Shown here one piece after another: positions 27,892 to 38,617 of a DNA stretch of 53,286 bases. The position numbers were made by a program, and so were the translations under genes. The DNA is from an uncultured Bdellovibrionales bacterium (GTDB lineage: Bacteria; Bdellovibrionota; Bdellovibrionia; Bdellovibrionales; UBA1609): NCBI GenBank assembly GCA_937936325.1, contig CALGWV010000033.1:1-53286 (forward strand), read 5' to 3'. Below the pieces are notes generated by a model. The model saw nothing but the letters and a program-made list of their open reading frames with translations, searched no databases and was not told where the DNA came from. Position 1 is the stretch's first letter, and every line of letters begins with the position of its first letter.

Positions 27892-28595
27892 TTATTTTCC
27901 TTTTTAAGTAGTTCTTGTTTTTCATTTATCAAAGAGCCTAACTGTTCCTGATCTAGAAAAGCCTGATCTTCCTGCCCTACTTTCGGTGATTCAGCTTCAA
28001 GTTTAGACTGATATTCTTTTATTTGTAGAGTTAAAAACTCTAGTCTTGAACATGCATACTCAGTTTGATAAACAGAGCAGACTGGTGGATACTCTCGCCC
28101 AGATTTTCCAAAAAAAATAATATTAGATTTTGCACAATATTTTGTCTCAGCATTTGAGTAGGATTGATTGAACTCAAAATCTGATCGACAAAACTGAATT
28201 AGATTATTATGACCGAGATATAAAAGCTCATTAGCACGATCAGCCGAACAAAATATTTTTTTTTCATTTTGATAAAAATTAGAATAGTTTTTAAAAGTTT
28301 TCGAACAAATCAACAGGGGCGACAATGCGTTCCTCACTCTATAGCCGTTTCGACTTGAATCAAAGCAAAATGACTTCAAAGATTCTAAATAAATATCTTG
28401 ATATGCTTCAGTAGGGTCTTCATTACACAATTTGGCAAACTCAAGAGATTTGTTTTCTAAGCCTTTCGAACCTGAAATTTGCGCCATAGACTGAGCAGTT
28501 TGATTACTACAATTAAACTGAGACGACACACTCTTGCAACCTAGTAGAACTAATAAAAACAAGAAAGGTATTAAAATAGACTTTTTTTCAAACAT
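27882..28595 (-). CDS. Cys-periodic lipoprotein of unknown function
   Basis: Lipobox LLGC at C20. Cysteines fall at 57, 77, 97, 116, 136, 154 and 173 (every 18-20 residues, each preceded by a hydrophobic or aromatic residue). Coiled-coil-like, Gln/Glu-rich C-terminus. The 3' end overlaps the rnhA start by 10 nt. Confidence 0.6.
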   Translation of the reverse strand: MFEKKSILIPFLFLLVLLGCKSVSSQFNCSNQTAQSMAQISGSKGLENKSLEFAKLCNEDPTEAYQDIYLESLKSFCFDSSRNGYRVRNALSPLLICSKTFKNYSNFYQNEKKIFCSADRANELLYLGHNNLIQFCRSDFEFNQSYSNAETKYCAKSNIIFFGKSGREYPPVCSVYQTEYACSRLEFLTLQIKEYQSKLEAESPKVGQEDQAFLDQEQLGSLINEKQELLKKENKCQ

Positions 28596-28716
28596 GATGC
28601 TCTCATCATAATTCTCAACGCCAAGGCTGGCAAATTACAATCAGAAATTGAGAGACCTTAGAATTTGGGATTCATCTTAAAATAAAGCTCTACTAGATAA
28701 ATTAATAGTTAAAAAC

Positions 28717-28893
28717 ATCTCTTCAGGAGTCCCTGATTTAGATTTTAAAGAAAGGGCTCAATAGGCGTTAAGAGAAGTGCACTGTGCGTATTTTAAAATG
28801 CACCATAAAATGGCACATTGCGGAGACGCTCTGTGAACGAGAACGTGTTTTTAGCCTTTTCTTTAAAATCTAAATCAAGGTTTCTGAAGAGAT
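28717..28893. repeat. 177-bp imperfect palindromic element (about 40-bp arms, 98-bp centre)
   Basis: The left arm (28717-28756, ATCTCTTCAGGAGTCCCTGATTTAGATTTTAAAGAAAGGG) aligns with the reverse complement of the right arm (28855-28893, ATCTCTTCAGAAACCTTGATTTAGATTTTAAAGAAAAGG). That is 35 matches in 40 columns, including a perfect 20-mer. It ends 6 nt from the spoVR stop. Confidence 0.7.
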
Positions 28894-28898
28894 ACCCA

Positions 28899-30401
28899 CT
28901 ATTTCTCTTCTGCTTTTTCCTGCTCTCCGATTTGGATGAAACCAAACTTTTCACCGTTATAACGAACAAGATTAGGTGTGCCATCCAAGACTGTAGCTAA
29001 ATTTACAGGACGAGACCAAATCTTATAGATGTGTGACAAAGTTTCTTGCATATAATCAGGCTGGAGGTCGACTCCTTCATAAGTGTGACTCAGGAGAAGC
29101 TCTCCTCTGTTTTCAAAATTGGAGTCTACAACGCTAATCGTGGGTTGGCCGAAGTTCGTGAGTTGGAACAAAAAACTCGCTTTTATAGCTTTAAAATTTT
29201 TAGCATCTACTACAAATTGATTTGTGTTCTGATCATATTTATAAACAAACATTTTATTCTTAACACAGAAATCTTCTGTTAAAAATTCGTCTATAAAAAT
29301 CACATCATTCATATGCTTGCGAACTTCAAAGATTTTTTCTTGTCCTTTTTTTGCATTGGTATTCCAGGCTTTTTTTGCAGCCTCGTCTGTACAGCTCTCC
29401 CACTCGCGGCCGTGCTGACCTCTGTCCCAACGCTGCTCCACATTTCTAAAAAGCTCTATCCCGACTTTGTAGGGGTTAAATCCCATAGGAGACATGGCCA
29501 TGGTCCCACTATGCACATCTGCAAATTGTATAATCTCAGATGAGGTGCAAATCTCTTCGGTCATCATTCTTGAATGCCAATAAGAAGCCCACCCCTCATT
29601 CATAATCTTAGTCATTCCTTGAGGAGCAAAATAATAAGACTCAGATCTTATTATTGATAAGACATCCTGCTGCCAGTCTTCAAGAGGTGCGTTTTGTAGT
29701 AAAAAAAGTAAAACGTCTTTTTCCGGAGGTAGATCTGGCTTAAGAGGCTCGGCGGATTCTAGATCGGGATCCAATTTATGCTTTAGCCCCATGGCTTTAA
29801 TATAAGACGCCAAATATGGCTTAATCTTGTAGCTTGGCTTAATAGTGTTTTCGGGTGGAGGTTCTGAATTGGGTTCTTTTGATTTAATTTTTCCTTGATA
29901 TGGAGAGTGTCGATCAATAAGGTTTTCCAAACTCAAACAAGCATCAATAAAATTTTCCACAGTATCATAGCCAAAGCGTTCAACATATCTTCTGATACGT
30001 GTGGAGTTGTTGGCCGTATTGTCCATCATCTTACGATCTGTTTTCGAAAACCAAAAGTTGTTTTTAAAAAAATCACAATGTCCATAGACATGAGCCATAA
30101 CTAACTTCTGATCGAGTAATGAATTTCCTTCAAGCAGATAGGCGTAGCAAGGATCATTGTTGATCACTAACTCATAAATTTTGGAGAGCCCGTACTCATA
30201 GCCTTTAGATAGCTTTTCGTACTCCATCCCAAAACGCCAGTGAGGATATCTTACTGGGAAACCTCCATAGGCCGCAATCTGATTCATTTGTTTGTAGTTC
30301 ACCATTTCAAAAACAGTGTCGTAAAAATCTAAGCCTCTTGCTTTTGCTAATTTTTGAATTACCTTTTGCTGCTCTACTAATTCTGATGGGAGTGACGACA
30401 C
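28899..30401 (-). CDS. SpoVR/YcgB-family protein
   Basis: 500 aa. It takes the third position of the conserved prkA-yeaH-spoVR module. The sequence matches the SpoVR family as I remember it (…VMAHVYGHCDFFKNN…, …NEGWASYWH…). GTG start preceded by GGAGG, 3 nt after the yeaH-like stop. Confidence 0.8.
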   Translation of the reverse strand: MSSLPSELVEQQKVIQKLAKARGLDFYDTVFEMVNYKQMNQIAAYGGFPVRYPHWRFGMEYEKLSKGYEYGLSKIYELVINNDPCYAYLLEGNSLLDQKLVMAHVYGHCDFFKNNFWFSKTDRKMMDNTANNSTRIRRYVERFGYDTVENFIDACLSLENLIDRHSPYQGKIKSKEPNSEPPPENTIKPSYKIKPYLASYIKAMGLKHKLDPDLESAEPLKPDLPPEKDVLLFLLQNAPLEDWQQDVLSIIRSESYYFAPQGMTKIMNEGWASYWHSRMMTEEICTSSEIIQFADVHSGTMAMSPMGFNPYKVGIELFRNVEQRWDRGQHGREWESCTDEAAKKAWNTNAKKGQEKIFEVRKHMNDVIFIDEFLTEDFCVKNKMFVYKYDQNTNQFVVDAKNFKAIKASFLFQLTNFGQPTISVVDSNFENRGELLLSHTYEGVDLQPDYMQETLSHIYKIWSRPVNLATVLDGTPNLVRYNGEKFGFIQIGEQEKAEEK

Positions 30402-30404
30402 CTC

Positions 30405-31508
30405 TTACCTCCCCTTACCTAGAAACTTTTTAATTGAATTCGGGATGTCTTCTTTATTTTTAATCTGACTCCTAATAATTTTTTCCTCATGTTTACACTG
30501 AGCCTCTAAATCTTTGATGAATTGCCCACTTCCGTATTTGGATTCCACCTGCCCGTAGCAAAATAGATTGATTCTTTGGATAAATTTCTCCTCAATGATC
30601 TTTAAACATAATTTTGTGTCATCAGAACTCCAGTTATCCCCGTCACTAAAATGAAACAAATAGGTGTTCCACTGGTCAGCCGCATAGTCTGCCTGAATGA
30701 TTTCATAGGCTTTTTGATAAGCGGCACTGATCAAGGTTCCGCCGGCCTCGCTCACCTTAAAAAAGGTTTCTTCATCTACTTCTTTAGCCTTGGAGTCATG
30801 GATAATAAACCTTGTCTCTAAACCTTTATAGTTTTTTTTAAGCCAAGCATTAATCCAAAAACTCTCCAGACGAACAATATCTTTTTGCTCTTGCCCCATT
30901 GAACCAGATACATCCATCATGTAAATCACAACGGCCCTGGCTTGAGGTTCTTTAATAATCTTTTGGCTTCTGTAGCGCTGATCTTTTTTTATTGGGATGG
31001 CAAATGTTTTTCCGGAAACATAGTTTCCAGAAATAATTTCTCTAGTAATAGCTTGTTTGTAGGTTCTCTTAAAGTGTCTCAAGCTTTGAGGCCCTTCAGT
31101 AGAAATACCTGAATAATTATGTTTTTTTGAATTTATTTTAGCGCCAGACTTAGGCTCTATTCTTGGAAGCTCGAGCTCTTCACCTAACATCTCGGCCAAT
31201 TCATCGATGCTCACTTCAACTTCAATGGCATGATCGGCACTTTCAGAGCCTGCCTCTCCCGCTCTACTGCCATCACCTGGTTTTCCGGATACAGGTTCGC
31301 CGTCTTTAGCGTCGCCTTGTCCTACGCCCCCACTTTCTTTGGGGCCGTACATAAATTTAGGAATTTTAATTCGAGGAATAGGAATTTTAACAAATTCTTT
31401 TTCTCTTTTTCCTATCATTTCTTCATTTACAATATGCTTTTTAAAGTTCTCTTTGATGCGGCCTTTGATAATATCTTTAAATCGCGAATGGTCATCTTGA
31501 ATACTCAA
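30405..31508 (-). CDS. YeaH/DUF444-family protein (vWA-like)
   Basis: 367 aa. An acidic/Gly-rich N-terminal region, then a vWA-like core with MIDAS-type MMDVSGSMG. Middle gene of the prkA module. TTG start preceded by AGGAG. Confidence 0.8.
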   Translation of the reverse strand: MSIQDDHSRFKDIIKGRIKENFKKHIVNEEMIGKREKEFVKIPIPRIKIPKFMYGPKESGGVGQGDAKDGEPVSGKPGDGSRAGEAGSESADHAIEVEVSIDELAEMLGEELELPRIEPKSGAKINSKKHNYSGISTEGPQSLRHFKRTYKQAITREIISGNYVSGKTFAIPIKKDQRYRSQKIIKEPQARAVVIYMMDVSGSMGQEQKDIVRLESFWINAWLKKNYKGLETRFIIHDSKAKEVDEETFFKVSEAGGTLISAAYQKAYEIIQADYAADQWNTYLFHFSDGDNWSSDDTKLCLKIIEEKFIQRINLFCYGQVESKYGSGQFIKDLEAQCKHEEKIIRSQIKNKEDIPNSIKKFLGKGR

Positions 31509-31524
31509 CCCTTACTCCTAAAGT

Positions 31525-33606
31525 CTAAGCTTTTTTAACATCACCCCGAGCAAAAATATTTGCGACATACTGGAGTACATCATGGGCAGAGACCTCGTCA
31601 TAACCATAGTCTTTAATAAGCCTGGTTTTCACAATATCGATTTTTTCTTGGGTTTCTTTATCCGTTACAGATGTCACCAAGGAGGTCAGCTTAATGCTAT
31701 CTTTTTGATCTTCAAAAAGTTTAAGCTCCAAAGCTTTGTGGAGTCTTTGATTTGTTTTGTAATCAAACTTTTTTCCATCCAGGGACAGGGCTCCGATGTA
31801 GTTCATGATTTCACGCCTGAAGTCTTCTTTTCTTGAATCTGGGATTTCTATTTTTTCTTCAATAGATCTCATCAAGCGCTCGTTGGGGTCTTCATACTGC
31901 CCAGTAAATGTATTTTTAACTTTTTCTTTTTGAGTATAAGCTTTTAAATTATCAATATAGTTGGAACAAAGTCTTGAGAGTGCAGACTCATCAGCTGAAA
32001 TGGCTCTTTGCACCTCAGCCTTAATGATCTCCTCATACTCTTGTTTGACCACACCTAATAGACCTCTGTAGTCCTGTCGTTTTTCCTCAGACTCAATCAA
32101 GCTATGAGCTTTAAGGCCCGACTCTAATTCGTTAATCACCATGAATGGATTCACAGATCCACTATTGCTTTGTTGGGCTAAAATAATTGCATTAGAAATT
32201 TTATCTTGGATATATCTTGGCGAGACTCCAGACATACCTTCACGGTGAGCCTCCTTTCTAAGTTCTTTAATATTGTCTTCAGTATAATTTGGAAGAGATT
32301 TTCCATTATAAAGTTTCATTTTTTGCAGCCGATCTAAATTCGCTTTTTTTGGCTTTTCCAAACGAGAGAGTATCGCCCACATGGCCGCCACTTCAATTGT
32401 ATGTGGCGCAAGTGAGATCCCCTGAAGTTTTTTATTATTAAAATCTCTTTTATAAACTGAGACTTCTTGCTCTAATTTTGTAATATAAGGTATATCCACT
32501 TTTACTGTTCTATCTCGCAGGGCTTCCATAAACTCATTATCTTCAAGTTTTCTGTACTCAGGCTCATTGGTATGGCCAATAATCACTTCATCAATATGTG
32601 TTTGTGCAAACTTTTTAGGTTTCACTCGGTGCTCTTGTGAGGCCCCTAATAGATCGTACAAAAAAGCCACATCTAACTTTAAGACCTCAACAAATTCGAT
32701 TAAACCTCTGTTGGCAATATTAAATTCACCATCAAAGTTAAAGGCCCGCGGGTCCGAGTCGGATCCATACTGAGCAATCTTTCTGTAGTTGATATCTCCA
32801 GTAAGTTCCGTGCTATCTTGGTTCTTTTCATCTTTAGGCTGAAAAGTCCCAATACCGATACGATCGGCTTCACTTAAAATCAAACGCCTGACTTTTACGT
32901 GAGAAAACACTTTATTTAGCTCTCCCCCATAGACTTCCATGAGTTTAGAAAATATAAAACGACTAGGAGGGCAAAGCTCACCTTTAATTTTGACTCTAAA
33001 GTTTCCATCTTGGCCTTTATTGATTTGGGCTTCGACCTCAGGTCTTAAATTTTCAGGAAATAAGAGTAAGGGCTCTTCATGCATTGGACTTGGAAAAACC
33101 GGAACATCTTCTCCAAAAATTTCTGGAAACTGTTTTTCTGGATCAACCCAATCAAAAGTATATAAGGCTCCGTCAGGGTCTTTGGAGTAGTTTTCCACTC
33201 CTTTTTTAAGAAGGCGACACACCGTAGATTTAGCACTCCCAACAGGACCATGTAAAAGAATCACTCTTTTTTCCGTCCCGTATCCTAGTGCCGCGGCTTT
33301 AATGATGTTCATGAGCTTCATCATTGGAATGTCTAAACCAAAGACAGCGTCTTTGCCTCCACCGGTAGGATCATCAAAAAATTTGTAATGGATAATGTTC
33401 TTTTTTACGTCGACGTATTCTTCTGTGCCGGCTTTCATGACTAAATCATAAAGGCGTTGAAAGGCATTTCGGGTCACTCTGGGGTTTTGCTTCACGAGGT
33501 CTAAATACTCTTGAAAACTTCCCGTCCAATTTAAGTTCTTATACTCTTCATGGGTATTTACAGATTGTAAAATAGTTTCCAAATTAATATTATTTTTCTC
33601 GCTCAT
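31525..33606 (-). CDS. prkA: PrkA/YeaG-family serine protein kinase (AAA-like N-domain)
   Basis: 693 aa. P-loop [12 protein letters not shown]. Overall organisation matches PrkA/YeaG. GGTGGAGGTG precedes the ATG. Confidence 0.9.
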   Translation of the reverse strand: MSEKNNINLETILQSVNTHEEYKNLNWTGSFQEYLDLVKQNPRVTRNAFQRLYDLVMKAGTEEYVDVKKNIIHYKFFDDPTGGGKDAVFGLDIPMMKLMNIIKAAALGYGTEKRVILLHGPVGSAKSTVCRLLKKGVENYSKDPDGALYTFDWVDPEKQFPEIFGEDVPVFPSPMHEEPLLLFPENLRPEVEAQINKGQDGNFRVKIKGELCPPSRFIFSKLMEVYGGELNKVFSHVKVRRLILSEADRIGIGTFQPKDEKNQDSTELTGDINYRKIAQYGSDSDPRAFNFDGEFNIANRGLIEFVEVLKLDVAFLYDLLGASQEHRVKPKKFAQTHIDEVIIGHTNEPEYRKLEDNEFMEALRDRTVKVDIPYITKLEQEVSVYKRDFNNKKLQGISLAPHTIEVAAMWAILSRLEKPKKANLDRLQKMKLYNGKSLPNYTEDNIKELRKEAHREGMSGVSPRYIQDKISNAIILAQQSNSGSVNPFMVINELESGLKAHSLIESEEKRQDYRGLLGVVKQEYEEIIKAEVQRAISADESALSRLCSNYIDNLKAYTQKEKVKNTFTGQYEDPNERLMRSIEEKIEIPDSRKEDFRREIMNYIGALSLDGKKFDYKTNQRLHKALELKLFEDQKDSIKLTSLVTSVTDKETQEKIDIVKTRLIKDYGYDEVSAHDVLQYVANIFARGDVKKA

Positions 33607-33883
33607 AGCACCTCCACCTGGTCTTTATATTATCCCGGGTGAGGCCTGATTTCTCAAGGCTTTGAAAGGTTTTCACACCAAAGTGACTCAAATCGATCTT
33701 GGCTCTAGCCTAAGGTCTATGCCGGGCGAATTAGTTTTTTCCGATTTCTGATGAAGTGATTTTTAATTAAATTTTATACGAGAGCCTGAAATGCTAGCCT
33801 TTGCCCATTTGAGACTGACTAAATTAGATTTAATAAAAAAATAATGATCAGAATTTGTGAACGACTAAATGTGTTCAGTGTAA

Positions 33884-33906
33884 AAGTGTTTCAAAAAGAA
33901 ACACTT
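33884..33906 (-). terminator. rho-independent terminator of the lipoprotein gene
   Basis: AAGTGTTTC-AAAAA-GAAACACTT, a perfect 9-bp stem that overlaps the stop codon. On the - strand it is followed by TTTTA. Confidence 0.6.
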
Positions 33907-34513
33907 ATTTTATGTAGTTAGTATAGCCTTCAGGAATTTGAGTTTTGTAATCAGCGTTTGTAGAAACCGTAGGCTTAAAGCTCTTAAGCTTCAGTGTCAC
34001 CAATGATTTTTCATGGGCGATCTTGAGCTCTTGGTAAGGGTCACTCCCCTTTCTTATTACCTTTACCGGCGCTTGTTTGTGAGCACATACTTTTTCAAAA
34101 GTCTTTGTTTTTAAGACTAAGCATTCCCACTGAGGGGAAGTGAAATCTTCCCCATAAAATAGATCAAATAAATCTTGCCTCTCAATATCTATTCCAATCA
34201 CATGGGAAATTAGTTTTTTATCGTAGGGACCTTGGTAAAACTTTTTGTCTAGGCTGTTCAAAATTGTGACATCATCTCCAGCCACTAATAATGTAGCTAC
34301 TGTGACGAAACCAAAAGGGTCTGCGACTTCTACTTTCATATTCGTTTTAGATTTCAGTAAGACATTCACACGCCCAGGGTATGGAATGCCATTATTTTTA
34401 AACTTACCGGAGAAGCTTAAAATGTAAGATTGAGTTTCATCAGGAGAGTAATTATTTTGCTGACTCATACAAGATCCAAAGACAAAGATTAATGGAAGTA
34501 TAATATATTTCAT
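33905..34513 (-). CDS. lipoprotein of unknown function (possibly LolB-like)
   Basis: The ATG at 34513 gives MKYIILPLIFVFGSC, a lipoprotein signal. The size and mainly beta-type sequence are compatible with a LolB/DUF4292-like protein. That assignment is weak. Confidence 0.5.
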   Translation of the reverse strand: MKYIILPLIFVFGSCMSQQNNYSPDETQSYILSFSGKFKNNGIPYPGRVNVLLKSKTNMKVEVADPFGFVTVATLLVAGDDVTILNSLDKKFYQGPYDKKLISHVIGIDIERQDLFDLFYGEDFTSPQWECLVLKTKTFEKVCAHKQAPVKVIRKGSDPYQELKIAHEKSLVTLKLKSFKPTVSTNADYKTQIPEGYTNYIK

Positions 34514-34579
34514 ATTCAAAAGAATAAACCTATTTTGTTGATTTAACCAGCAATCGGGCACCGACTATCAGAAACATCC

Positions 34580-35443
34580 TTAATCATGAGTTTCAGCTGG
34601 AGTTCGCGAGCCTAAGCCTAGCTCATTTATAAAGCTGGGCTCTATGATGCGAATCTGATTGATATAGTCTTGGCTCACATCGTTTTTCTTAAGCATTTCA
34701 AAGTGAAGAGCCATTTGAAATTTTATGAATAAATTATGAGGCTCAAACAAGGACAGCTCTGACAGGTAAAACATGGCTTGGGTCAGATCTTCTTTATCCA
34801 TATAAAAATTAAAAAGCTCTTTAATGGTTTCAACACTAGAGGGGTGTCGCCCGTAAAGGTTCAAAAGTTCGTCTTCTAGCTCATCTGCGTTTGTATCCGA
34901 GAGGACCTGTACAAAAAGCAAATGACAGCGAAGTTCCAAAGGGTTTAAATTTAAACACTCTTGCAGTTCGCTTTGGGCTTGGTGAGTTTTATTTATATTC
35001 AAATACAGCCGGGCCTTGTAATAGTGAGCGGCTTCATGAAATGATTTTTCTGCTAACTGCTCTAACCAGTTCAAAGCTGTTTTAAAATCTTTATTTTTTT
35101 CAGCTAAGGCCGCAAGGTAAACATAGGATTTAAGACACTCCTTTTGAGAGCATTCTTTGTCTTTTGAAATAATGGATTTAAAGCTAGCTATGGCCCTGGC
35201 CTCATCACCTATCCGGGCTTGCTCATCACCATATCTGTACAAAGATCTGATCGACTGAAAACTCACCAGTTCTAGTGATTTAGGCCCCAATGTTGGAGGT
35301 TTATGCTTAAACTGATTTTGCCAAAGCAGGCTTAGGGTTTGGGCCATTTTCTTTGTGCTTTGACTGGATCGACTCACATCAGTAGACAAAGGTCTTGAAG
35401 CACAATGAGTGAGAAAAAGAAAAATAATGATATAGATCCGCAC
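34580..35443 (-). CDS. TPR-like repeat protein with signal peptide
   Basis: Hydrophobic N-terminus. Repeated helical-pair motifs (…AHYYKARLYLNINKTHQAQSELQECLNLNP…). GTG start. Confidence 0.5.
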   Translation of the reverse strand: MRIYIIIFLFLTHCASRPLSTDVSRSSQSTKKMAQTLSLLWQNQFKHKPPTLGPKSLELVSFQSIRSLYRYGDEQARIGDEARAIASFKSIISKDKECSQKECLKSYVYLAALAEKNKDFKTALNWLEQLAEKSFHEAAHYYKARLYLNINKTHQAQSELQECLNLNPLELRCHLLFVQVLSDTNADELEDELLNLYGRHPSSVETIKELFNFYMDKEDLTQAMFYLSELSLFEPHNLFIKFQMALHFEMLKKNDVSQDYINQIRIIEPSFINELGLGSRTPAETHD

Positions 35444-35516
35444 ATAAGACTCATCGGCACTGTGTCAAGATCTCTTCAAAATACCTTAATGGGGAGGCTA
35501 GAGTTTTACCAAAGTG

Positions 35517-35545
35517 TTGACTCACATAGACATAAGCCATATCTT
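35517..35545 (+). promoter_or_regulatory. candidate sigma-70 promoter of the phaR-like gene
   Basis: TTGACT (35517-35522), then 17 nt, then TATCTT (35540-35545). It lies about 45 nt upstream of the GGGAGGAGG ribosome-binding site. Confidence 0.35.
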
Positions 35546-35591
35546 TCCATTCACGACGACTATTTTAAACACTTAATGGGAGGAGGCTGCC

Positions 35592-36137
35592 TTGAATCAA
35601 AGCATGGAAGGAATCAACACAAGAGCCAAGATTGTAAAGCGCTACCAAAACCGAAAGCTTTATGACACCCAACAAAGCTGTTACGTCACACTCGACGATA
35701 TCGCCAAAATGATCCGCGCCAATGAAGATGTCATCGTTATCGATAACAAAACCAAAAATGACATCACTGCAGCGACCCTAACTCAAATTATCTTTGAATC
35801 TGAAAAGAAATCCGCCCACTATGCTCCACTAGGAACCCTAAGAGAGATCATCCAGCATGATAATGGAAGCATCTCTGCTTTTTTAGCTAAGCTAGGCGCT
35901 TTTCCAATGGATCAGTACTTAAACCAAAAGCCACAAACTATTGATTTACCTCAGAGTGACAATAGCTCTTCTAAGCCTAGCTTCGAAGATATCAAGCAGA
36001 CCTTAGAGAAAAGAGTGGCTCATGCAGCTACAAGCTACAATCATTTAGATTATAATTCTAAAGAGTTTATGAATGATCTTCCTGACCTGCCTAACCCAAA
36101 CAAAAAGAAGCTCATTACCCCAGCTGAAGATGCTTAG
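35592..36137 (+). CDS. PhaR-like polyhydroxyalkanoate synthesis regulator family protein
   Basis: The N-terminal IVKRYQNRKLYDTQQSCYVTLDDIAKMIRANEDVIVIDNKTKNDITAATLTQIIFE matches the PhaR DNA-binding region. The TTG start at 35592 sits 5 nt after GGAGG. Confidence 0.7.
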   Translation: MNQSMEGINTRAKIVKRYQNRKLYDTQQSCYVTLDDIAKMIRANEDVIVIDNKTKNDITAATLTQIIFESEKKSAHYAPLGTLREIIQHDNGSISAFLAKLGAFPMDQYLNQKPQTIDLPQSDNSSSKPSFEDIKQTLEKRVAHAATSYNHLDYNSKEFMNDLPDLPNPNKKKLITPAEDA

Positions 36138-36148
36138 AACTATTTGAG

Positions 36149-36178
36149 TTTTCTCACTGGAACATATGAGAAAATTTG
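36149..36178 (+). terminator. rho-independent terminator of the phaR-like gene
   Basis: TTTTCTCA-N10-TGAGAAAA (8-bp stem), followed by TTTGG. Confidence 0.5.
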
Positions 36179-36249
36179 GACTTTACTGAGATTAGCCAAA
36201 TGATATTACCCAGCATTCCCCCTACTTTTAAAAAAAAAGAGCCGTAACC

Positions 36250-36714
36250 TTATCTCTTTTGAGATTCACGAACGCTGATTTCGCCGTTGGCGTCGACAAT
36301 TACGTCCCAGCCATCAGCTTTTGCTTTTTTGACAAACTCAGACCAATCATCTGGTGAGGATGAGGAACTGGTGTGGGTTTCTGTTCTCAGATCAGATTCG
36401 ATTCCTGTAGCGTGGGGTTCTAAGACATCTCCAGTATATGAATCCGAGTCGCTTAGAATATCCCCATCTTCTTGACCTGGTTTTAAACCTTCGACTTGGG
36501 CTTTGAGTTTTAAATTTTTATCTTTGAATTTTTGATATGACTTTTCAGCTGTGGAGAGCTTTAAATTTTTATTTATGGATTCATTTACTTTTTTGCGAAG
36601 ACTCTTTATATCTTGTTTGGCACGAATCTCACTTTGAGGTTTTGGATTTGTATTTAGACCCTTTAAAAAATAGAGACCTGATAGTAAAAAAATCAATAAA
36701 ATGAGGTATTTCAC
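36250..36714 (-). CDS. secreted or membrane-anchored protein of unknown function
   Basis: Hydrophobic N-terminus (KYLILLIFLLSGLYFL), then Lys-rich coiled-coil-like and acidic/Ser-rich segments. GTG start. Last gene of the mreB operon. Confidence 0.45.
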   Translation of the reverse strand: MKYLILLIFLLSGLYFLKGLNTNPKPQSEIRAKQDIKSLRKKVNESINKNLKLSTAEKSYQKFKDKNLKLKAQVEGLKPGQEDGDILSDSDSYTGDVLEPHATGIESDLRTETHTSSSSSPDDWSEFVKKAKADGWDVIVDANGEISVRESQKR

Positions 36715-36735
36715 ATTCTACCTATCGGTACTGGG

Positions 36736-37056
36736 CTATCTGAAGTTTAAAAAAAGAGCTGCCGCAATAATAATAAGTAAGACTAGAACATACGGAGCAT
36801 TAGAGCGCTTTTTTTGTATTCTTTCTGAGGGATCAGGGGTCTTCACGCTTATCTTAGAAACAAGCCCCAAATACTCTTGAGCCACAAGCTGAGTCCCTAA
36901 TATTTCACGGGCTATCTCACCATTTTTTATAAGATAAGTCTTCATTTCAGCTGTTTCAGAAGGAGACAGTTTTTTTTGTGAGTATAGATAAGACTTTTGA
37001 GAAAAAGCAAAAGCACTGGGATCTCGATCTGGTGGAGTAAGGACTCTTTTATTCAT
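36736..37056 (-). CDS. small protein with C-terminal membrane anchor (anti-sigma-like by position)
   Basis: 106 aa. The C-terminal APYVLVLLIIIAAALFLNF forms one TM helix. The ATG overlaps the upstream stop (ATGA). Confidence 0.45.
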   Translation of the reverse strand: MNKRVLTPPDRDPSAFAFSQKSYLYSQKKLSPSETAEMKTYLIKNGEIAREILGTQLVAQEYLGLVSKISVKTPDPSERIQKKRSNAPYVLVLLIIIAAALFLNFR

Positions 37057-37480
37057 AATGCAAACTCTAAAAGTCTTTGAGTTCCCAATAAATGAAGGGC
37101 TTTTCCTAATCTACGATCTAAAGCTCCAGGACTCAGATTATAAATTTGGCTCACCAAATCCTTATTGAAATGCCCAACCAAGCAAAGACAAAGGGGATGG
37201 AGTAATTTTTCTGGGCAGTTTTTATAGAACTCTCTCCAAGAGGTCAGATCAAAACCTTTTGGAAATTGGATTTGTCCTGAAGTAAACTGAATTTGTTGAT
37301 TTCGCTTTTGCACTTGGGTGAGCTTTTGTGCCATGGATTTAAGTATTTTAATTTCAATATCAGGATCCTCTAAGTTTTTAAACTCAGATAAGACCTCAAG
37401 ACTCATGCGCCCCGCTAAAGAGTCATTTAAGACCAGAAAGAAAAAAGTCTTAAATATTTTTTCATAGTACAGATCAAACA

Positions 37481-37481
<1 letters not shown>
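37053..37481 (-). CDS. small protein with degenerate sigma-70/ECF region-4-like C-terminus
   Basis: 142 aa. The C-terminal …LVSQIYNLSPGALDRRLGKALHLLG resembles the region-4 HTH (…EIA..L.IS.GTVKSRL.RA...L). The N-terminal LYYEKIFKTFFFLVLNDSLA is region-2-like. The ATG overlaps the mreB stop (TAATG). Confidence 0.4.
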
Positions 37482-38530
<1,049 letters not shown>

Positions 38531-38617
38531 TCAAAGAATTTATTTTGTCCACTGATATTATTTATGCCTAAGCCCCTAAAGGTCAAAGGGGGATGTCCAA
38601 TCAGAGGATCTTATTCT

